Assembly (NCBI GenBank): GCA_043803745.1
Contig: JAZDJS010000026.1
Span: 5,025 to 69,024 of the forward strand
Source of the DNA: an archaeon
Lineage (GTDB): Archaea; SpSt-1190; DYHY01
DNA: 64,000 nucleotides
Direction: 5' to 3'
The notes below the pieces were generated by a model. That model searched no databases. It worked only from the letters and a program-made list of their open reading frames with translations, and was not told where the DNA came from. A program made the position numbers and the translations under genes. Within the stretch, counting starts at the first letter, position 1, and every line of letters starts with the position of its first letter. Shown in pieces: positions 26,686 through 34,700 of the stretch.

Positions 26686-28743
26686 TCAGCCCGTAGTATT
26701 TGACCCGAACCCGAAAAGCCACGCAAAGAAACTGCGTAAAATTTCCCCGAGCCGCGAGCCTCCGCAGGAAACCCTTGCGACCGAATTGCCCCGCAGGAAA
26801 CCGCCCCTTCCCGCCAAGTCCTCGTACTCGACCGAGTATTTTATCGAAACAGTTCCGCAGGGCTCGCCGGAAACGAAATAGCCCCCGTCGCGTTCGGGGA
26901 ACCCGTCAATGCTTTCAGAGACTATCCTGCCGTTCGCAATCCGCGCAAGCGGCCTGCCGATCAGTTTCCCGCTCGCCGGGATTTCTTCGGGGAGCGGGAC
27001 CGAGACGTCGGGCTTGGGGATTCTCCGTATGGTCCCAGTCAAACTTTCTTCGGTTCCGTTCTTCAGCCGCACCGTCACCCGAGCTTCCGAGGCGGTTCCA
27101 AGGGGTATTGTGCCGCCGCCGGAGGGGATTTTGTACTCCTTTCCCGAGTAGACAGCGGTCACTTCCTCGGTTGAGAAAATCACGGCCTCGGCAGACTCGT
27201 CCGAATATGCCGCGGAGGGAACGGAGAACGACAAGGCAAGCGACGAGCGTTCCGGAAGCTCAAGATAATTTCCGGTTGTCAGGAAAACCTTTCCGGAAAA
27301 CCCGACAAGGGGCAGCTCCAGAATCCCGCCGGAGGGGATTTCAAAGGGAACTTCCGAGCCGCCATCGAGCCCGAGCGCGTAATACCGTCCCGGAGCCCCG
27401 GAAATTCTCGCATAGTTTCCCAGGATTGATGCAAGCGCGCCCCTTCCCGGAAGCGCAGTAAGCTCGGCAGGAGTCATGAAAGCTGCGCCGCCGATTGAGG
27501 CGGTCACGGGGTATTTGTAATAATAATTGCCTGCGATTTTTTCCGGAGCCCTGACAACAAAAAACCAGTCTTTTCGCCCGTTCGGCTTGAGGACCGCCGG
27601 GGCGCCCTGCCCTGCAAGGGAAAGCCGCTCAGATTCCCCGACCCCCGCAGAGCCGTAAAACGGGGACGGGTTTGCAAAAACCGCAGAATCGAGATTGTTC
27701 TTCAGCGTGACGTTTGCAAGGGAGAACGCCCCCGCAAAGATTTCCGACGGGACAACCGCGACAGATTCTATCGAAGCCGCCTCTCCCGCGCCCGTCCCGG
27801 AAGAAACCGCGAAAGCAGGTTCTGTCGGAAGAAGCCCCGTCCAGGAAAGGGTTCTGCATCCCGTAACCGATTCGCACGAAGCCTGCTCAACGGTCTGCGC
27901 AGCCTCCTCACCGGAATAGAATTTCACGTGGCTCGCGTCAAGCCAGCCATATTGTCCGAAGCCAGTCGTTGGATCGAAGGGAACCCACCCGCTTCCAGGG
28001 AAGTATGCTTCAGCCCAGCCATGGGATCCGAACGATTTTTCCCCGCTGCCCCCCCAGGCGAATCCGCCAACATATCTTGCAGGGATCCCCGCTGAGCGGG
28101 CAAGCGCAATGAAAAGGTGCGCGAATTCCTCGCAAACGCCCTGGCGCGTCCGCAAAACCTCGCCGCTGTCGAGCCTGAAGCCGAAATAGGAGCTATTGTA
28201 GGTTATGTTTTCATTGACGAATTCGGCAAGCCTTGCGAGAGCCTCGAACTCGGCTGTCGCCCCGCCAATGAGCCCTTTGGAAAGAAGAACAGTCTCGGGC
28301 GTCACCTTGACCTTTTCGGAAGAGACGAGGAACATCTGGAAGGAGGGATCGATTGCGCCGACAAGAGGATACGGCTCGCTGCCGGAAATCCTCGCGCCGA
28401 CAAGCCCGGTCTTGACAGTGCAGGAATATCGCACTTCCAGGGGTCCCGCAGCGCCTTTTCCAAGAGAGAATTTCATTGTGCCGTCCGGGAGGATTGCCCT
28501 GTCACATACAACGCTCTGCCTTTCGTCGTTTTTCGGGAAAAGCGTTGTTGCATAGCTCAGCGAGTTGAAGCTTTCCGAAATCTGACCGCGGCCGCTCACC
28601 GAAACGGATATTGTCGCTGAGGAGTATCCGTCCGGGGAAGCTTCCGCCCGAGCGGGCGGCAGGCTGGAAACGAGAAAAAGAAGGAGGAGGACGAGAAAAA
28701 CAAATACTTTTCCGGGCAGTTTCGTTTCCCCCATTGCGCGCAA
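26686..28743 (-). CDS. secreted transglutaminase-like cysteine protease domain protein
   Basis: A signal peptide and a transglutaminase core Cys motif (TRQGVCEEFAHLFIALARSAGIPARYVGGF), followed by the His/Asp region (GSHGWAEAYF...WVPFDPT) and a large beta-rich C-terminal part. Confidence 0.7.
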   Translation of the reverse strand: MRAMGETKLPGKVFVFLVLLLLFLVSSLPPARAEASPDGYSSATISVSVSGRGQISESFNSLSYATTLFPKNDERQSVVCDRAILPDGTMKFSLGKGAAGPLEVRYSCTVKTGLVGARISGSEPYPLVGAIDPSFQMFLVSSEKVKVTPETVLLSKGLIGGATAEFEALARLAEFVNENITYNSSYFGFRLDSGEVLRTRQGVCEEFAHLFIALARSAGIPARYVGGFAWGGSGEKSFGSHGWAEAYFPGSGWVPFDPTTGFGQYGWLDASHVKFYSGEEAAQTVEQASCESVTGCRTLSWTGLLPTEPAFAVSSGTGAGEAASIESVAVVPSEIFAGAFSLANVTLKNNLDSAVFANPSPFYGSAGVGESERLSLAGQGAPAVLKPNGRKDWFFVVRAPEKIAGNYYYKYPVTASIGGAAFMTPAELTALPGRGALASILGNYARISGAPGRYYALGLDGGSEVPFEIPSGGILELPLVGFSGKVFLTTGNYLELPERSSLALSFSVPSAAYSDESAEAVIFSTEEVTAVYSGKEYKIPSGGGTIPLGTASEARVTVRLKNGTEESLTGTIRRIPKPDVSVPLPEEIPASGKLIGRPLARIANGRIVSESIDGFPERDGGYFVSGEPCGTVSIKYSVEYEDLAGRGGFLRGNSVARVSCGGSRLGEILRSFFAWLFGFGSNTTG

Positions 28744-28793
28744 GTCAAATATGCGAATTCCTTTTAAAACACCCTCCTTTCCGAACTTGCGAA

Positions 28794-29720
28794 ATGCCCC
28801 TTAATGCCGACGCAGGTTTCTTCATTGCAAAGGAGAAATATGAAAAGGCAAGGACAATTGCGGAAAAGATAACCGGGCTCGAGGAGGTAATACGCGCCGC
28901 GCCAACCCACAAGGGGGCGGAAAAGCTGCGGGCCCAACTCAAGCGGAAGCTTGCCGAGTTGAAGGCGCAGCAAATAGTTGCGGCAAGAAAGAAAGGGGGA
29001 CACACGAGCGCGTTCTCGGTCAAGAGGACCGGGATTGCGCAGGTCGTCCTTGTCGGCTATCCGGGGTCGGGAAAGTCCTCGGTTCTTGCGGCAATAACAA
29101 ATGCAAAGCCGGAGATTTCCGGCAAGATGTATACTACGGTCCTTCCCGGGGTCGGAACAATGAAGTTTTCGGGAATGGAAATTCAAGTGATAGAAGTTCC
29201 CGCAATAACTCCCGGAATGTTCGGGTCGGGCCGGGGGGAACTTTTTGCAATTGTCAGGAACGCCGACGTTGTTGCCCTCGTTATCGATTCCCAGAAGGCG
29301 TCCGAACAGTTTTCCGGTCTGGCCGGGGAGCTCCGGAAGGCGGGAATTTCCGGAAAGGAAATCGTGGTAATCGCCAACAAGAACGACCTGAGAGCCGCTC
29401 CCTTTGAAAGCTGCCCATACCCGGTAATAAGATCGTCAAAGAACGACCGGACCAAGCTCCGCGAAATCGGCGAGATTGCCTGGAAATCAATCGGGAAGAT
29501 GCGGATATACACCCGCAAGGGGGACAACACCGATGAGAAGCCGTTCGTGATGGGAACCGGCTCGAACGTCCGGGATGCAGTGAGGACGATACACAAGGAA
29601 ATACTCGAGACATTCCGTTTCGCAAGGGTCTGGCGCAAGAGCTCGCAGCATTCCGGTTCAAGGGTCGGGCTCGATTTCGTTCTCCGGGATTGCGACGTAA
29701 TAGAGATTTTCGCGAAATAA
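28794..29720 (+). CDS. Obg/DRG-family GTPase with C-terminal TGS domain
   Basis: G1 GYPGSGKSS, G3 and G4 (ANKNDL), and a C-terminal TGS-like block (RIYTRKGDN...DCDVIEIF). Start placed at MPLNAD, with a TATA-like CTTTTAAAAC ~25 nt upstream. Confidence 0.75.
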   Translation: MPLNADAGFFIAKEKYEKARTIAEKITGLEEVIRAAPTHKGAEKLRAQLKRKLAELKAQQIVAARKKGGHTSAFSVKRTGIAQVVLVGYPGSGKSSVLAAITNAKPEISGKMYTTVLPGVGTMKFSGMEIQVIEVPAITPGMFGSGRGELFAIVRNADVVALVIDSQKASEQFSGLAGELRKAGISGKEIVVIANKNDLRAAPFESCPYPVIRSSKNDRTKLREIGEIAWKSIGKMRIYTRKGDNTDEKPFVMGTGSNVRDAVRTIHKEILETFRFARVWRKSSQHSGSRVGLDFVLRDCDVIEIFAK

Positions 29721-29767
29721 GCAACGATTCAACAAGTTAAAAAACCGGGTTCCCCCTGGGGGATTCG

Positions 29768-30874
29768 ATGGAGAAAAAGCAGCTGATTCTTCTCGGGGTT
29801 GTGCTTTTGCATTCCCTCGCTGCCTCAACTTCAGGGATTTACCTGCCGCTATTCTACCTTTCGAGAGGAATTCCCATCTCCGGAATAATCCTCCTTCTTT
29901 GTGCAACATTCGCAATCCTGACAATCGTTCCCCTCTTCCTTTCCGGAAGGAACACGATTTCCCTCGGACTCCTTTTCTTCTCCCTCTTCTACTTCTCAGC
30001 AAGCTTTTCCCAGCCGATAGTTGTCGGAGTTCTCTACGGGCTCGGGCTCGCATTTTTCTGGCCTTCCCTGAATTTCCTTTCCTCGGAGCTTACCGATTCT
30101 GGCGAGCGGGCCGGATTCCTCGGGAAAATATCAGCGGTAAGGACGCTTGCGCCGGTTTTCGGAGTGCTTTTCGGAGGATTCTTCGCAGCGGCATTCGGAT
30201 TGAAATACCTCATTTTCGTTTCCGGAGGGATCTTCATCCTGTCTTTCCTCCTCTCCCTGCTCTTCCTCATAGATTTCCCTTCAAAGGATTTTGACGCGAA
30301 GGAAATGAGGCTTCCATTTGTCGACAGGAACTTTTTCCTCTTCTCCGCGGGGTTCTTCCTGAACGGCTTCGCCGATTCGTCGTGGCTGGTGTATCCGCTC
30401 CTGCTTGCGAAAATATCCGGGGGAAACACTTCCGAAATCGGGATTGCCTCCTCGGCGATAACCGTCCTCTCGGCAATGATTTTCGTCGTGGTGGGCAAAC
30501 TATCCGACGTTTTCGGCAGGAGGAAACCATTCCTCCTGCTTTCAGTTCCCTTCGAATTCATCTGGTTTTTCGGGGTTTCGGTCTCCGCATCACTAATCCA
30601 GATAATTCTCGTCTCCGTTTCCTCGTCGCTTGCAAGCGCGCTTATGAGGACGGGCGATTCCCTTTACATCGACTGCTACGAGAAGAAGCATCACGCATTC
30701 CTGACCGCCCTGAGGGAGAGCGCCCTGAACCTCGGACGGATAGCAAGCATACTCGTTCTTTCATCACTGATAATCTCAGGAAACTACCACTTCTACTACC
30801 GGATTTTCGCGACAGCCTCGCTTTTCTACATCCCAATCTACCTTCTCCTGAAGGAGCGGCACAACTATGCGTGA
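29768..30874 (+). CDS. MFS transporter
   Basis: Twelve hydrophobic helices in a 6+6 arrangement with a central loop, and an MFS-like GRR..SLG motif region. Confidence 0.65.
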   Translation: MEKKQLILLGVVLLHSLAASTSGIYLPLFYLSRGIPISGIILLLCATFAILTIVPLFLSGRNTISLGLLFFSLFYFSASFSQPIVVGVLYGLGLAFFWPSLNFLSSELTDSGERAGFLGKISAVRTLAPVFGVLFGGFFAAAFGLKYLIFVSGGIFILSFLLSLLFLIDFPSKDFDAKEMRLPFVDRNFFLFSAGFFLNGFADSSWLVYPLLLAKISGGNTSEIGIASSAITVLSAMIFVVVGKLSDVFGRRKPFLLLSVPFEFIWFFGVSVSASLIQIILVSVSSSLASALMRTGDSLYIDCYEKKHHAFLTALRESALNLGRIASILVLSSLIISGNYHFYYRIFATASLFYIPIYLLLKERHNYA

Positions 30875-31475
30875 ACTCGTCCTTGCAAGCGCTTCTCCGA
30901 GAAGACGGATGCTGCTTTCCCGCTGGGGCTTCTCTTTCCGGGTGATTCCTTCAAGCATCCGCGAGAACGTACGATTTCGCAGCCCAAGGCAGCTCGCGGA
31001 AAAACTCTCAGCCATGAAAGCGGAGGCCGTCCGGAAAAGGGCGTCCCGGGACTCGGTAATTGTAGCATCAGACCTTGTCGTTTCGCTCAAAGGAAAGATT
31101 TTCGGAAAGCCCATCGACGCGCTGGAAGCGGTCAGAATGCTCAAGAGGCTTTCCGGGAGAACGCACCGGATTTTTTGCGGGGTTACTGTCCTTGACAATC
31201 CCAGCGGGCGGAGAAAGACGGGATGCGTGTCTGCGAAAATAACGTTCAAGAAACTTTCAGATGAAGAAATACTCAGATACGTTTCAACGGGGGAGCCGAA
31301 CGACAAAGCGGGGGCGTATGCAATCCAAGGAAAGGGACGCAGGCTGATAGCGAAAATCCAGGGAGAACTGAGCGCGATAATAGGCCTTTCGAAGCAACTC
31401 ACGCTGAAATATCTCCGAGAAACAGGCATCCGGCCAGGGACTGGCGGGATTGTCCGGGTCCGGACCGGGCCCTAA
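30867..31475 (+). CDS. maf: Maf-like nucleoside triphosphate pyrophosphatase
   Basis: Maf signature: LVLASASPRRRMLLS..., VIVASDLVV, GKP.D, AYAIQG. Confidence 0.8.
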   Translation: MRELVLASASPRRRMLLSRWGFSFRVIPSSIRENVRFRSPRQLAEKLSAMKAEAVRKRASRDSVIVASDLVVSLKGKIFGKPIDALEAVRMLKRLSGRTHRIFCGVTVLDNPSGRRKTGCVSAKITFKKLSDEEILRYVSTGEPNDKAGAYAIQGKGRRLIAKIQGELSAIIGLSKQLTLKYLRETGIRPGTGGIVRVRTGP

Positions 31476-31483
31476 AGAAGCGC

Positions 31484-31560
31484 ACTCAATCACTCAACTG
31501 AGTGATACCTCAACTGAGTGCTACTGTATTTAATGAATTGAGTGAGGCAAACCTTTAAAA
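31484..31560. promoter_or_regulatory. operator-like array of CACTCA/TGAGTG half-sites plus TATA-like box (CCTTTAAAAG, 31548-31557)
   Basis: CACTCAA occurs at 31484 and 31491. TCAACTGAGTG is a direct repeat at 31494 and 31510. CACTCA-N2-TGAGTG is an imperfect palindrome at 31491-31504, with the inverted copy TTGAGTGA at 31538. These are followed by an A/T box ~27 nt before the ATG at 31585. Confidence 0.4.
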
Positions 31561-31566
31561 GGGAGT

Positions 31567-31773
31567 TTGGCCAAAAAAGGGCCAATGCGGGCCAGCTTCG
31601 ACTACGAAGACGTAAAAATGCGCTCGGTTGACGAAATCCTCTTCAACTACAACCGGGACAAGCCGACTTCCCGCAGAATTTCGAAATCGGAGCTGCTCAG
31701 ACGGCTCCTGGACCTTGTGTCGAACGGAAAAATACCTCTGGAGAAGGTGGTCATAATTAATGAGAAGAGATAA
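31567..31773 (+). CDS. small hypothetical protein (possible regulator) preceding the giant surface-protein genes
   Basis: A 62-68-aa basic ORF (likely start at MRASF, 31585) overlapping the start of the giant gene by 14 nt. No family recognised. Confidence 0.3.
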   Translation: MAKKGPMRASFDYEDVKMRSVDEILFNYNRDKPTSRRISKSELLRRLLDLVSNGKIPLEKVVIINEKR

Positions 31774-34700
31774 CGCCCTCCTCGCCCTTTCGGTTTTCCT
31801 CTTCCTTTTCCTCTTCCTATTCACCGCCTCGTTCGCGGCCAGTCCGAGCTTTTCCCCGTATGTCACTCGGTCAGGCTTCAGCAATCCCTCGGTGCTTACG
31901 ACGAACCAGTCCGAGGTTTCAATGACAATCTGGACGGGAACGATTTCAGCAGATGCATTCATAACTAGTGTGGAAATAAACATTGCCGGACTGAACCCTG
32001 TCGAGGGGCAGGTACTTTCAGTCCCGGAGCCAACTTGCCCTTCGGGAATCTCAACCAGGAACATAATAAACGAGCAAACACTTCTCTGCTCAACGGGAAT
32101 GAGCGAATCCGGAATAGCGGGCGGAAGCAACGTCCCTATAACCCTTACGTTGAACCGCGTCAAGGATTCGGTCGGAACCAACCCCAACCAGATATCAATC
32201 AAGCTGGTCGATGAGCAACTTAACGAAACGACAATGCTGATTGATTTCACCATCCAGAACAAGCCGGCCCTCGCCTCTTCGGTCGCCGTCGGGTATCCCG
32301 CAACCGTCTCGAAGGGGCAGATCGGAGTTCCGGTAACTTTCAGGACGATAAACACCGCAAGTTCCCCGGCGGCAGCCGCAAACTCTGTTACACAGGATGC
32401 AGTGATACGGGATGCGGGAGGCGCGGCAATATCTGCAGTATCTTACACTCAGACCCCCTCCGGGGCAATAAGCCTTGGCTCCGGGCAGGAGGTCAACTTC
32501 ACATTCTACGTCGATGTTCCCGTCGGCGCAGCAGCGGGTTTGATGACACACTGGTTCAACCTTTCAGCAGTCGACCCGAACAGCGGGCGGGTTTTCACGT
32601 CGGCAACCGTCCAGAATTCGACAACAGTGCTCACTCCTCCGAACCTTAACGCAACACTCCTCCTCAACAACACCGCGTTCATCTCCAACATTTATCCGTA
32701 CAACACAGCCCTCCTTACTGTGCGGCTGAACAACACGGGCGAAGCGCGTGCGAACCTGACCGGAGCGAGCCTGGTCTTTCTGGATTCCAACGGACTTGAC
32801 AGGACCGCGAATTTCATTTACGCGAACACGACCCAGCTGAACGCCTCAATCCCGGCAAGCGCAACCACCGACATCTCATTCAACGTCACGGGAATAGGCA
32901 GCTGGGCCGGAGGGGCCGTTACGGTCAACTACACGGTTTATTACGTGGACGGAGGCAGCGGGCTTTCCTGCGGACCTTACAGGACAAACCACTCGAACGC
33001 ATTCACCTATGACACGGTCGCCCCTTTGGTGAACTTCCACAGCTATGACGGAAACACTTCAAATTACCGCGACACGCAGGATGGGACCGCCGCAATTGTC
33101 GTCAACGCAACCGACAGTTCCTCGGGGCTCACTCCAAGCGCGCTGGTTCTTTTCACCGCAAAGGACGGCTCAACAGTCAGGACAACTAACCTTTCCTGCT
33201 CCCCGCCATTGTGCAGCGGAACGGTCGACGTTGATGAGCTTTCCCTCGACATATACGGCGACACCCAGACGCGCGTTGTTGTCTCGGACGCGGTCGGAAA
33301 CAACGCAACCGCGACGGCGAGCGTCTTCTTCTACAACGTGCGCCTGTTTGCAAAAGACGGGTTCAACAACTATTACATTGAAGAACCCAACTTTACCAAT
33401 CCGGTATTCGCCCTTTTGAACATGACGAACGGAGAAAGGACGGCCTGCCTTGGGCAGCCTTTCGGCTCTTCCCTCTGCGCAGTGCCTTTCGGCACGGTCG
33501 TCAATGTTTCACTTTCCTCAGTTTCGCACGTTTGGAACCAGTCGGACGGCAACCGGACCCTCTGCATTGGGACCGGAACGACGACTTCTTGCAACAAGGC
33601 CTTTCCGTCATCCGCCCACATTAACGACACTATTTACCTCCTCCCGAACACGCTGATAACCCTTCAAAACGAGTTCGGAATTCCGGTCAAGGCATTCAAC
33701 GTAACGGTCCGCGATTCCCTCTCCTGGTTCGTCTACCTTTCCGACGGAGCCGTCGGCGACGAGAATTCCTCGGACGGCGCCTTGCTTTTCCCCTTCGACA
33801 CGGGCAAGCATCAGACGCCCTTCACAGCGGAGTTCAACGTTGCGCCCAACTACAACAACACGGGGCTTTCCTTCTGGACCCAGCAATTCACCCCCTCGAA
33901 CGCAACCCTTACCACGATTTCGAAAACGTCCAAATTCTCAGTTCTCTTCAACCTTCTTGACGAGTTCGGAAACGCAATTGACAGGACGGGGGGTTCGGCA
34001 GTATACAACCAACTGAACGAGTTCGGCTTCTCAGCCGTCGCCTGCGTAACGAACCCCGTTGACAACCACGTTTACGGCTGCAGGATTCCGACGGCTGCCG
34101 AGGTTGCGAATGCATCCTACCCCTCCCAGGGAGCGAGCTTTTCAGTTTCAAAGCCCGGCTATGTGGATTTTTCAACGGTGCGCGTAGTCCCTCCAACAAG
34201 CCCGGCATCGGCGCAGGTAAACGCGACCGCTCGCGCGAACTTCACGATCCTCATAATTCCGACGGATGCATGGAACGTCTCGACGATTGACGGGAATTCG
34301 ATCGATTCAGTCATCAGCGAATTCGCGGGAGCCTGCTACCGGAACGGGACGCAATCCCTCTGGGGCTGCCCCGCAACATCAAGCGACACATACGTGAACG
34401 TAACTCCTGTGAATTCAAGCGGATTCCTGAATCGCAGGATTCTCATCAACCCCTCCCAGGCCCAGCAGAAAACGAACTACTCGGCAAGCAACTACACTCT
34501 TGAGGTCAACGCATCCGAGGAGGTTTTCGGCGGACGGCTTCACAGCAACGACATTTCCCAGGTCCTGTTCAACGGCAGCATCAACTGCATCGGCAAGCCC
34601 GCGCCGGCGGACCACACCTGGGGCTGCCCCGTTCCAATAGGGACCGCCCTGTCCCCAGTATATGTCAACACATCCTCCCAGAGCGGGTATCTCAGCGCGA

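Noticed and set aside
26700-27461. 253-aa + strand Arg-rich ORF
   Set aside because: It is antisense to the transglutaminase-like gene, extremely basic and low complexity, with no start context.
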